A stretch of DNA of 64,000 bases from Felis catus. Lineage: Eukaryota. The first letter of the stretch is position 1. Every line of letters starts with the position of its first letter. The translations under genes were made by a program, and so were the position numbers. Where the stretch lies: NCBI RefSeq assembly GCF_018350175.1, contig NC_058374.1, forward strand, positions 101,680,001-101,744,000, read 5' to 3'. Shown in pieces: positions 1-11,745 of the stretch. Below the pieces are notes generated by a model. It was not told the origin of the DNA and ran no database searches. It saw nothing but the letters and a program-made list of their open reading frames with translations.

Positions 1-290
1 ATGCATATGATTAATTTCAGCAGTATCACCAAACTCTTTCTCAATTTATATTTTCAGTATCAGTGCATAAGAATTTCTGTTCTTTCAGTCTTACCACTAC
101 TTGGCATTGTAAGTTATTTTTAAATTGTAACCATCTTGGTAGTATGCATTGATATCTCATTGACGTTCTAACTTGCACTTTCTTGATGACTAATGAAGTT
201 GAGTATCCTTTTATATCCTTACTGTATATTTTGATAGTCTCTTTTTAAATACCTACTCATGACTCTGCTATTTCTAATTGTGCATTTAAA
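1..290 (-). mobile_element. Old L1 (L1M-type) ORF2 3' fragment
   Basis: tatctcattg...ttgcactttcttgatgactaatgaagttgagtatccttttatat is the typical antisense L1 ORF2-end sequence, heavily diverged. Confidence 0.7.
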
Positions 291-291
291 A

Positions 292-293
<2 letters not shown>

Positions 294-327
<34 letters not shown>

Positions 328-350
328 TGTGTATGTGTATGTGCATGTAT
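294..350. repeat. (TA)n then (TG/TA)n microsatellite
   Basis: Direct reading. Confidence 0.9.
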
Positions 351-440
351 CATTTTAGATCTGAGTCTATCTTTGATATAGGACATCCAGATTTGCCCTG
401 GGGGTTACTCCATGAGAGTCAATCTAAAAAAGAAAGAAAA

Positions 441-556
441 GGGGGGAGTGGGAGAGAAGGGAAAATGGGTAATGGGCATTGAGGAGGGCACTTGTTGGAA
501 TGAGCACTGGGTGTTTTATGTAAGCCAATTTGACAATAAATTATATTTAAAAAAAT
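441..556 (+). mobile_element. Carnivore L1 extreme 3' UTR fragment
   Basis: gggcattgaggagggcacttgttggaatgagcactgggtgttttatgtaagccaatttgacaataaa followed by an A run; same end as the antisense copy at 23436. Confidence 0.85.
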
Positions 557-1800
557 AGACCTGACAACCAAAGTCAAAAAGAAATAAAAAAGAGAAAAAG
601 GAAAGAAAAAGAGAATGTAGGATTGCATGAGAACACATTTCTAAGGAAGGCCTGAAATTGATGTATATCACTTCTATACATGTTTCATTGGTCACATTTT
701 AATTTAGCTACAAGAATACCATTAGTTCCAGAAAAACATAACCTTATTGGTTAACCTTGATATAGAGACTGTAAGTTGTTTGAATACCTAGTCAGTCTCT
801 GGCTGGTAGTGAAAAATATTCTGCAGAAAAATTTTTAGCAAGCAAGGTATATTAGTGCCATGATTAAATCAACCTAACTTGCTAACTGGAATCCAAAACC
901 ATGTCTGCTTTTACCATTCATTGCTGCTTTTAATCATATGTAACATATACTTTTTAATGAATGCATTTCATCTAAAATTTTGTTATATTGAACAAATGTT
1001 ATATAAATTCTTGTTATATTGATTTCTCAGTCTTTTATAGAATCCCAGAGTTGAAAAAGACCACAGAGGTCATCTGGTACAATCCTTATCCATGCATGAA
1101 TCCCCTCCAGCTGGTTAAACTAATTTTTAATTCCAAAGNNNNNNNNNNNNNNNNNNNNNNNNNNNNNNNNNNNNNNNNNNNNNNNNNNNNNNNNNNNNNN
1201 NNNNNNNNNNNNNNNNNNNNNNNNNNNNNNNNNNNNNNNNNNNNNNNNNNNNNNNNNNNNNNNNNNNNNNAGATGTGGGAGTAATGTGCATTACTTCAAT
1301 GCCTATAATTCCTTTCATAACATTACGGAGCAATATTAGATAATCTTCAATTCACTTTGCCATTAAAAAAATGTGTTGTTACAACAGCATGCTGCTGGGA
1401 GATGAAAAATAAAATATTGTCTTATAAGTTAAAATGTGCTAGATGGTGAATTAACATTTCAGATGAACCATAGTAAGCAAAAAACAATTCAGTAACTTTA
1501 TGACTTTTCTCTTGAAAAAATGTACCATTTTTAGAAAAGTTATCATGCTTATCGATGATCATTGGCCAAGCTGCCAATCTTAGGTCATACTGTTTATATA
1601 AACTATAATATGAAAAGTATGCCCTGGGGTTGTATAGTTCACTGACAATTATTCTTCACCAGTTTATTCATATTCAAATCTCAACAAAGAGTAAAATAAA
1701 AATTTGGATATGTATTATGCAACATTTGAAATTTAAATATAGTAACAAAGATCCCATTGAAAATATCTGAACTCCAGTTATACAGTGGGTTGGATAACTT

Positions 1801-1967
1801 TGTTTTTTTTTAAGTTTATTTATTTTGAAAAAGAAAGAGTATCTCAATCAGGCTCTGCACTATCAGTGCAGAGCCTGAAGTGGGACTTAAACTCATGAAC
1901 ATGAGATCATGACCTGAGCTGAAATCAACATTTGGGCACTTAATCAACTGAGCCACCTGGGCACCCC
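1801..1967 (-). mobile_element. CanSINE (SINEC_Fc family), internally deleted
   Basis: Poly-T, gagatcatgacctgagctgaaatc, ctgagccacctgggcacccc. Confidence 0.9.
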
Positions 1968-2475
1968 ACTTTATTTCATATTAATGAATATATCTTATAT
2001 GAGCATCATGACAGTTTTCAGAAGTCATACCATATCCAGTGAAGATCACTGACTGATCAATTGCATGTGAAAACTTGTTTTCTTGCAGAGGCACAATAGG
2101 ATCCATGCTATGATTGATAATATCTGTTACAATTTACCAATAGTGTAAATTGGGATTATGAAAAAGTAATTTCACCAATTTTTAAACTTTGCATTGTTAA
2201 AGTATATTTTTGATGGCTTCCAAGTGGCTTTTTCAGACACAAAAGATTATTCAGTGGTCAATTTTGGTTTTAAAAGCTATATTTTATTTATAAAAAAGCT
2301 AGGGGAAAAAAGAAGCTAGATCTTCCTTAAGGATTTAATCTTAGTTTATAAATATTGTTATTTTGTTTGTAAGTCTAGTAATTGTGAACAATCACTTGTA
2401 AGAAGACATTTGATTAGTATGTTATCACTTTTATAAACTTGGAAAGTTAAATGCTTTTAAACATTTTAAGTTACA

Positions 2476-2672
2476 AGGCACCTGGGTGGCTCAGTCAGTT
2501 GAGTGTCTAACTTCAGCTCAGGTCATGATCTTGCAGTTCATGAATTCTAGCCCTACATCTGGCTCGCTGATGTTAGCCTGTCAGCACAGAGTCCACTTCA
2601 GATCCTCTGTCCCCCTCTCTCTGCCCCTCCCCTGGTTGTGCTCTCCCCAAAATAAATAAATATAAGAAGAAA
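2476..2672 (+). mobile_element. CanSINE (SINEC_Fc family)
   Basis: ggcacctgggtggctcagtcagttgag...ctcaggtcatgatc, CT tract, aataaa tail; diverged TSD aaacattttaagttaca/aaatactttaagttata. Confidence 0.95.
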
Positions 2673-3249
2673 ATACTTTAAGTTATAATTATAAACTTTA
2701 AAATATCAACTAAGAGATTGAGAGATAAATCTTGAGACATAAGTCTTAAGAGATAAAATCATTCCAAATAATTTAGGAGTGTCTCCACAGGACAAGTTTT
2801 TTAGAGTTGCCTTTTTAGTTGATATTATTTATCAACCAGAGTCTAATCCAGGGATATATCATCCAGGTGCTCAAAAGTAAGGGGATTTTTGTTGTTGTTT
2901 GGCATTCTTTTGACTGCTTCAGTGAAACCCCTTCTGAGAGCCGTTTGCTACTGAGAACGTTAGTCAGGTAGCACAAAATGGAGGACTTCAGTCTTAATAT
3001 TGTCAATTTACAAGTCAGATTAGAGTCTCTAATCTTCAGTGAGGTAAGACTATGCCACCAGTTGGATATAACTAATGTGTTTCCTCAGTCATTCAATTCT
3101 GAATTGTGTATACTTTTCTTTCTTATCTGTTGGAACCATAATTTCTACAGATAATAAGCATATTAACTAACATTAGGTATTCTTCACAGATATATTTGTA
3201 CCTTACATTCACAACTGTTAAAGTCATCCTACGGAGATAAAATCAATTA

Positions 3250-3485
3250 TGGGGATTAAAAGGTAAAAACATCCACTTATAACACAAATAAGTCGTGAGG
3301 ATGTAATATGCAGCATGGAGAATATAAATAATAATATTGTAACAATGTTGTATGGTGACAGATGATAGCTACATTTATTATGGTTATCATTTCATAATGT
3401 ATATAAATAATGAAGTATGTTACTATGTTACCTCACCGAAACTAATGTGATATTGTATGTTAACTACAATTCAGTAAAAAAAAGT
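3250..3485 (+). mobile_element. L1 3' UTR end (L1MA9/L1_Carn-like)
   Basis: aaataagtcgtgaggatgtaatatgcagcatggagaatat...gaaactaatgtgatattgtatgttaactacaattcagt followed by an A tail. Confidence 0.8.
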
Positions 3486-4813
3486 TTAAACTAAAACCCA
3501 ATATGTACTAATTTTACATACAATTATCTGATGTATTCATTTCATATTATATGCACAAAGGTTGGGGTGGGGGGAAGTAGGGAGTCGGGATACAGAAATG
3601 AAGTCACTCTTGATCACCAAACACCTCCCAGTTACTATTTTTAGATTTGGCTGGTATTTCATCTCTTTTATTGTTCTAGCTATATCTTGCAATGGACTTT
3701 CTTAAAGAAGTAGGAGTTTTCTACCAAGCAGCAATAACAGCTAGAATACATCCAGAAAAGACACCTCCTTGTCTATTCAGGGAAGGCATCATACCAAAGC
3801 ACAGTTTGAATAAAGAAGACTGAAGAAGTCTATTCTATGCAGCCAATTCTCTGGTGACCTGGCTTAAACCAGGGGTGGATTTTAGAGCACTTGGACTCAT
3901 GCTTCCCAAACTAGAGTACCTTCCAGATGACACTCGTGGAAGCATGACAATGAGTTTCTACAGGATACTGTTGTTTTCTGTAGGATAACCACAATGCATT
4001 TCACTTCAATGCAAATTTTCCATGAGTATTTAGAGAAAAATGGTTTTGAAAGCATATAGCCTTTAAAAGTATTTTAATACATGCTCATATGCAGTCAGTA
4101 GAATCCTACTTTATTGTGTCAGCCAATCTCATAGATGTTTTTTAGCAGTGAGTGGTTTTGTGATACTAGGGAATTCTATGGTATAGCTGTTATCAGTGTG
4201 AACAGGGTGCACTAGTGTAGATTAAACAAAGTCTACTAATGTATGGCAGGGATGATCTGGGAAGATTTCTTGCTGAAGTGAGAAAGCTAGAAGGGTGATC
4301 TTGAAAATCTCTTGTAAATGTTATCACCTTATGAAATCTTAAGTTCATAAGGTTCAAACCTTTAGATCACCTTAAGTTTTGGTTTTAACTACCTAAAAAT
4401 AAAACAAGTTGACTCTCAAAAATCCATTCTTCTTCCTGATTGTAGATCAGATCTTTTGGTCACATGTTGTATTGCTTGTTCTACTTTCTCATCAATAAGA
4501 GTATCAAATAGTCTGCGACTTGTGATTCGGTTGCATTCATAATTTTTCATTTACAACACTTCGTTTAAAACCTGTTAACTTAAAACAATAATTCAGAGAT
4601 TTAGAAAGTTGAAGAAACTTAGAAGTATGAGAATGAATCTGCTAAAATGTGTAACAACACCGTAAGTTTAAGGAACATTAAAGTTTTAAGACAACAGCAA
4701 AGAAGATGCTATCATCATTCCAATTATAACAGGTGACATGATGATAAGTGGCAATAAACAATTAATAAAAAGTAAGATGTGTTTACATGTTTACTTAAAA
4801 TATGGATACCAAA

Positions 4814-5200
4814 GGGGTGCTTTGGTGGCTCAGTGGGTGCTTTGGTGGCATGGGATCGAGTCCTGCATTGGGGTCTGTGCTGAGCATGGAGCCNNNNNNN
4901 NNNNNNNNNNNNNNNNNNNNNNNNNNNNNNNNNNNNNNNNNNNNNNNNNNNNNNNNNNNNNNNNNNNNNNNNNNNNNNNNNNNNNNNNNNNNNNNNNNNN
5001 NNNNNNNNNNNNNNNNNNNNNNNNNNNNNNNNNNNNNNNNNNNNNNNNNNNNNNNNNNNNNNNNNNNNNNNNNNNNNNNNNNNNNNNNNNNNNNNNNNNN
5101 NNNNNNNNNNNNNNNNNNNNNNNNNNNNNNNNNNNNNNNNNNNNNNNNNNNNNNNNNNNNNNNNNNNNCATGCTCGAACTCTCTCCCAAAATAAATAAAT
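4814..5200 (+). mobile_element. CanSINE spanning an assembly gap
   Basis: ggggtgctttggtggctcag head, ctctctcccaaaataaataaa tail, TSD core tacttaaaatat on both sides. Confidence 0.85.
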
Positions 5201-6451
5201 ACTTAAAATATCAATACAAAGATGAAAATAAATCAGCCTCCTGAGAAAAAAATTATATAAATTTATGTCTTTTTGTAGTATATAAATGATAATCTGGACA
5301 ATTTCAATAAAAACCATCAGAAGATTTTACAGATAAAGAGAGAAACATAGTGTTTATAGAACACAATAAAATAACTTAATAAAAATAGCAAATAAAAAAT
5401 TGCTTAAAACTTCTTGCCATTTTGTCCACTAAATTTTATTGTTTAATATATTGATTTTAAGAAGTTACATGATATATATCACAACTTAAAGAATTTTTAA
5501 CAATTATAATCATAAAGTGTCAACGATTTTAAAATGCTTCTTAATTTCAAATATACCAATATATTAATATAAACTATACTTTCTTACGGGAGGAAAAATC
5601 ATTTTTAGAATTCAACATGAGATCTCAAAATATTGAAAAGGAAAGAAAACATTGCCTATTAAAAAATATGATACTTAATGTGGGTTTTTCTTAATTCAGT
5701 CTTATTTCTGGAGTTGATAGATATGCTTGCAAGCATCTTTAGTGAAAAAGATAAGAAATTTTTAAAAAATTACTTTATGAAAAGATAAAATTTTTGTATT
5801 TTAAAATAAACACACAAATGTATATTATGTAATAGAGTACAAAAACATTGTAAGCATGATACGCCTAGAGTTCTTTTGAAAAGACTTTGAGAATTACTGA
5901 TTGTAAATAATGAGTAAATTTTTCATCATTTTAGAAATCATTTAAAATGATCTTTTAACATGTTTTGAGTGGTGGCTAGTTAAACATTATTATATTCCCT
6001 GATGAGTGAAAATTTGTCTGAATAAGTGAGGGGAAAGGCTTTATAAGCATGCATGTATCCTTTTAGTTCCTGATTTTCATTAATTCAACAAGTATTTAGT
6101 ACCTCTGTGCCAAATAGTATAGTGAAGACTAAAATCGTAGTTCTCCCTATACTACCTGGTGCTGAAGGTACATTGATGCAGCGTTCTTATTGCAAGGTAT
6201 ATAACATATCACAATGAGATAATCAAGGGCATAAAATGTATCATTTAAAAAATTATGGGATAAAGGATATAATGCAAAAAGAAAAAGGTGGTGAGGATAT
6301 GATAGAAAATACTCTGGTTCTCTCCAGAAGGTGAAATACCCTTGGCTTGCAGTGCTGTTGGTATCTTGAAGGCACAGAGATATAGGAAAACATGACCTAT
6401 TTAGTCTGATACTTCAGTCTAGCTAAAGATGGAGAGCTAGAAAGTAGCATT

Positions 6452-7825
6452 GGCACAAAAACAGACATTCAGATCAATGGAACAGAATAGAGAACCCAGA
6501 AATGGATCCACAAACGTATGGACAACTAATCTTTGACAAAGCAGGAAAGAATATCCAATGGAATAAAGACAGTCTCTTCAGCAAGTGGTGCTGGGAAAAC
6601 TGGACAGCCACATGCAAAAAAATGAACCTGGACCACTTTCTTACATTATACACAAAAATAAGCTCAAAATGGATGAAAGACCTAAATGTAAGACAGGAAG
6701 CCATCAAAATCCTCAAGGAGAAAGAAGGCAAGGACTTCTTTGACCTTGGCCACAGCAACTTCTTACTCAACATGTCTCTGGAGGCAAGGGAAACAAAAGC
6801 AAAAATGAACTATTGAGACCTCATCAAAATAAAAACTTCTGCACAGCGAAGGAAACAATCAGCAAAACTAAAAGGCAACCGACGGAATAGGAGAAGATAT
6901 TTGCAAACAACATATCAGATAAAGGGTTAATACCAAAATCTATAAAGAACTTATCAAACTCAACACCGAAAAAACAAATAATTCAGTGAAGAAATGGACA
7001 AAAGACTTGAAGAGACACTTCTCCAAAGAAGACATCCAGATGGCCAACTGACACATGAAAAAACGTTCAACATGACTCATCATCAGGGACATATAAATCA
7101 AAACCACAATGAGGTACCACCTCACACCTGTCAGAATGGCTAACATTAACAACTCAGGCAACAAAAGACGTTGGTGAGGATGAGGGAAAAGAGGATCTCT
7201 TTTGCACTGCTGATGAGAATGCAAACTGGTGCAGCCACTCTGGAAAACAGTATGGAGTTCCTCAAAAAACTAAAAATAGAACTACTCTACGACCCAGCAA
7301 TTGCACTACTAGGCATTTATCCAAGGGATACAGGTATGCTGTTTTGAAGGGGCACATATACCCCAATGTTTATAGCAGCACTATCAACAATAGCCAAATT
7401 AGGGAAAGAGCCTGGATGGATGAANNNNNNNNNNNNNNNNNNNNNNNNNNNNNNNNNNNNNNNNNNNNNNNNNNNNNNNNNNNNNNNNNNNNNNNNNNNN
7501 NNNNNNNNNNNNNNNNNNNNNNNNNNNNNNNNNNNNNNNNNNNNNNNNNNNNNNNNNNNNNNNNNNNNNNNNTAAGCAAAATTAGAGAAAGACGGATATC
7601 ATATGACTTCACTCATATGAGGACTTTAAGAGACAAAACAGATGAACATAAGGGAAGGGAAACAAAAATAATATAAAAACAGAGAGGGGGACAAAACATA
7701 AGAGACTCTTAAATATGGAGAACAAACAGAGGGTTACTGGAGGGCTGTGGGCTAAATGGGTAAGGGGCATTAAGGAATCTACTCCTGAAATCGTTGTACT
7801 ATATGGTAACTTGGATGTAAAAAGA
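6452..7825 (+). mobile_element. 5'-truncated felid/carnivore L1: ORF2 C-terminus plus 3' UTR, non-functional
   Basis: ORF 6502-6816 [34 protein letters not shown] is L1 ORF2; premature stop at 6814-6816; 3' UTR ends ...aacttggatgtaaaaa. Confidence 0.97.
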
Positions 7826-7845
7826 AGGAGAAGGAGGAGAAAGAG

Positions 7846-8261
7846 AAGAATGCCCCCAAAGATGGTCACATCCTAATCCCTGGAATCTTCAAATATGTAA
7901 CCTTACATGACAAAAGGGGTTTTGCAGATGTAATTACATTAAGGGTCTTGAGATGGAGAGGTTATCCTGGATTATCTGGGTGGCCTGATTACATTGGGCC
8001 TTTTACTTGAAAGAGGGTGGTAGTAGATCAAAATCAGAGAGAGATTTGAAAGTGCTACATTGCTGGCTGTGCAAATGGAGAAAGAGGCCATGGACTAAGG
8101 AATGCAGGAAGCCTTTAGAAACTGGACAAGGCAAGGGAACTTTTCTAGCGATTCTCCCGTAGAGCATCCAGAAGGAACACAGCCCTCTAACACTTTGATT
8201 TTAGTCTGTTTAGTCCATTTTACTCCATGTATTATGTAAGATAATCCATTTCTATTGTTCT
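7846..8261 (+). mobile_element. MLT1D-like MaLR LTR, truncated at its poly(A) site
   Basis: cccccaaagatggtcacatcctaatccctggaa...ttgcagatgtaatt...ttatcctggattatc...gattctcccgtagagcatccagaaggaacacagccct. Confidence 0.85.
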
Positions 8262-8579
8262 AAAAAATAATAAAAAGAAGAAATAAAAAAATAAGACAGA
8301 AAATTGTATTGTTAAACAAAAAGAAGAAGAAAAAAAGAGAGTAGTGTTACAGGGATAATCACAAGCCAGGTTAAGTTTTACAACCATGTCAGTGAATTGT
8401 GACTTTACAATGTAGCCTTAACAGGGCTAAAAGAAGTGTAGTAAAAGATAACAATGAAAATGATCAGATACTGCAGGTGCTTTCAAGATCTGTTAATACT
8501 AAAATTGGCCCATGCACCAACAGGTCTTTGTTTAAAGAATAGATGAAGTGTTCTTTTGTGAAGTAGATTACCCCCCTTC

Positions 8580-8722
8580 TTTTTTATCATTCCATTTAAC
8601 AGATGAGGAAACAGACTTCAAGAAATTAAATAGTTTATCCATATTCACATAATTATGAAAAGATGAATCTGGTATTTAGTGGGTTAGAAATCCAGAACCT
8701 GAGTCCAGAGCCTCTGCTCTAA
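8580..8722 (-). mobile_element. MIR
   Basis: ccatttaacagatgaggaaacagact core. Confidence 0.75.
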
Positions 8723-8744
8723 TATTCCCACTCAACTGCACACC

Positions 8745-8868
8745 CTAACCAGAATCATTGGTATCATCTGAAATTTCTTTGGAAATACAAAATTTTAGGC
8801 TTACCCCAGCCCTGCATTTTTTCATCTTCAGGGAAATTACATGCACACAAAAGTTTGAGACCCACTGC
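8745..8868. mobile_element. MER5-like hAT-Charlie fragment
   Basis: Ends aaaagtttgagacccactg, a MER5 terminus. Confidence 0.6.
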
Positions 8869-9293
8869 ACGCTGCTTCTGCATCCAAGACGCGTTTGGGT
8901 GGAGATAATTCTGGGTTCATAGAATACCTTATGTTCCTATGGCTTTTGTTAAGATTTTTTAGTCAAGGTCAGAGGTTACATCCAAGCAATATCAATAAAT
9001 CTGGATGAATATAAGAAAATTCATCCTCAATATTTTGTTTCCACCCTAAAATGATTGTCATGCTTCTGCCTTTATCCTCTTAAATAGAGACACCAAAATT
9101 GGAAGTTCTGTAGACTTCACAGATCCAAATGAAAAAATACAGCGTTGCTGTGTAGATGTAGAGATGTAGATGTAGAGATAGTGCTGGATGTAGAGAGATC
9201 TGTGAGGTGGTACATGGACACAGTGTTTCATAGCAGCGACTGAGAACATGACTCCATGTCCAGTTGTCTCTCAATCCTCTGATCAACTAAGAT

Positions 9294-9601
9294 CAAGCGT
9301 TTTTGAAACTTCGTCCTAACGCTTTTCTACTACTCTCTTTTACAAAGGGAGAAATAGCTTTTGACAGACAAATATAACAAAGTAGGTTTTTAACCATTTT
9401 TTTGTTTTTATTGCACTTTTACTTATAATTATTTTCTATATATAGTCTGAAAGTGTGGTAGATTTGAAACTGCCTTTAATATACATTTTAAGTAAACAAT
9501 TATCAATTTTAAAGAAAGTGAGACAATAACAGTAGAGTTGATACATGGAGAGGGCAAAAACGATGATGAATGTGTGTTAATACTGAAGTGTAAGACCACT
9601 G
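9294..9601. mobile_element. Non-autonomous hAT-Charlie DNA transposon
   Basis: Degenerate terminal inverted repeats caagcgtttttgaaacttcgtc / tactgaagtgtaagaccactg. Confidence 0.45.
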
Positions 9602-10689
9602 ATGTCTAGGATCATCAGCGTTCAAAAAAAATACTAAACACACAAACGTAAGACACAATTTAGTCTCCAAGAGTTTTAAGCAAGTTTAAGAATTCTTTTC
9701 AATGTCTTTTATTTCTTCCCTTTGTTTACAGTAGGGTATAAGCTGAATGCCCTTCTAACAGGGTCTGGGTCGTCATATGACTCTGCTCTTCCTTCCACCA
9801 AGATGACACCTGGCTGGAAGCGGAACACAGTGCACTTGGTTGAGATCAGGACACATATTTCCTTTTGACAGGAGCACAGATTTTCCCCTCTCTGAGAGGA
9901 TCCCTAAAGACAGCAGCTAGTGACTGCTCAGCCTCACCTCTACCACATCCCTGACCTTGTCCCTTTTGGAAGAGGGCTAAGAAATTCAGGAATGAGACAA
10001 AGCTAGAGGATATACTATAGAAAAGATCCTTACAATAGAAAAAGTGCTAAAGAAAAATTGATGAGATATATTATCATTGTTGTAAGAAGAAAATTATCTT
10101 CCCCATATTTAAGTACCAAATAGAATAAGGGAGAGAATTTGGACTCTGATTTATAATTTTTTTCTTAATCTAAAGCTTATTTAAATAACAACTAACTCCT
10201 ATTTATAGCCACAGAGATCTATAAATCACTATATTTTTTAATGCTGAGGAAAAGAAAAGATTACTTCTAAGTGCTTCAAATCCCAGCAGTGTTTTTAATG
10301 AACCAAGCTTGATTTTAATCAATACTTAAGCTATGAGGGTTTTATTTTTTATTTTTTTATGGTGTTGCTTTTAGATTTGTGTGCTTGCAAAGAGATAATA
10401 GCAAATGTCATGCCTGGAAAAACGAAGTGACTTTGTTGCTGCAAATCAATAAGAAGCATTGTTCGGCTAAGTAGGACAGATAAAAATGAAAACAAATGCC
10501 ATTTCCCAATCTTATAAGAAATCGCCATTGTGATGCGTCCTGTGCAGGTGGGCACTGGAACGTGTAGACTCTGAGCCTGGAGCTTTAGGATGTTTGCAGA
10601 AATCTTTTTCAGGTTAACATGAATCTAGTGGAATGCATTCCAGAGCTAAACCTGTCTTTAATTGTTAATCTCTTTTATTTGTAGACCAT

Positions 10690-10845
10690 TTTATTGTGTA
10701 CCAAGTGCTTTTACCTCACATTACATTGTTCAGATCTTACAACGATCCCCACAATCTGGTAAAGTGGGGTTTATTATACTCATCCCACAGGTGGAAAATT
10801 GGAGATGCAAAGATATTAAGTCATTAGCCCAAGGTCATAGATACT
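10690..10845 (-). mobile_element. MIR
   Basis: ttattatactcatcccacaggtggaaaattggagatgcaaagatattaagtcattagcccaaggtcata. Confidence 0.75.
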
Positions 10846-11289
10846 GGTATACTGCCATACAAATGGCAGACCCCAACGAGTACATAATTCATGTGCAATG
10901 TGAGGAGAGAGAATGTGTCCTTAAATTTCCTAGCCAAAATTTGCTCAAAGGTTATGTTGAAGAGTAGGGACTAATAACAATTGCACTTAGTTTCACATAT
11001 AAAACTAATTAGATGTAAATTAATGTTTTTAAGTCAACCTAATCATTATTAATTTATTCAACTAATATTTATTGTATGCTGACTACTTGCTAGACGCAGT
11101 TCTGACATTGAGAATAGGGCAGAAACCAAGACAACAGCAGTCCCTAAGCTTGAGAAATTTAGTCTAACCAACTACGATTAAGCATTTTCCTTGAAAATTT
11201 GTAGCTAGTTTTCTCTTGAAAACTAAGCATAATCGCTTGGCATAATACATTCATATTTAAAATGAATAGATTTACTCTCTACTTTTAAG

Positions 11290-11745
11290 CAACTCTACTT
11301 TTAAGAATTTGCCATAAGTAATCAGACATACACACATAAAGATGTATACACTAGATGTGTTCACAATTTTATAGTAACAAAAATTTGAAATACGTGCATC
11401 AGTATAGGATTGTTAAATGTGATACAATCGCACAGTAAATATTATTTCATTATTATAAATTATTGTCTTGATTGATGGTTATGGATATTAAAAATTGCCC
11501 ATAAGTGATAATTATTTGTAACAAATAAGTTAGAGTATGTAACTTTTGTTTTATAAAATTTATGTAATGTTCTTAGTATGTGTAAACATAACGGATTTTC
11601 TGAAAAAATAACCAAATGTTAGCTATTATCTCTGAATGGCTAGATTTCTTGTTTTTGCTTTCCTTTTAAGCTTTTGGTATTATTTCATTTTTTGGTAATA
11701 AGTATATTGTATTTTATGATTAACAATAATACCATTTTACTTAAA
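11290..11745 (+). mobile_element. Old L1 (L1ME-like) 3' region
   Basis: gatgtatacactagatgtgttcac...aaatgttagctattatctctgaatgg, AT-rich degenerate L1 3' UTR. Confidence 0.55.

Noticed and set aside
4724-5317. Long ORFs containing X runs (also at 1.0, 7.3, 13.0, 34.9, 35.2, 48.2 and 61.7 kb)
   Set aside because: They are open only because N gaps hide stop codons.
6502-6816. 104-aa ORF as a gene
   Set aside because: It is a fragment of a truncated L1 ORF2 with a premature stop.
9700-9960. Strong plus-strand acceptor-like sites at ~9731 and ~9871
   Set aside because: No matching consensus donor or recognisable reading frame follows.
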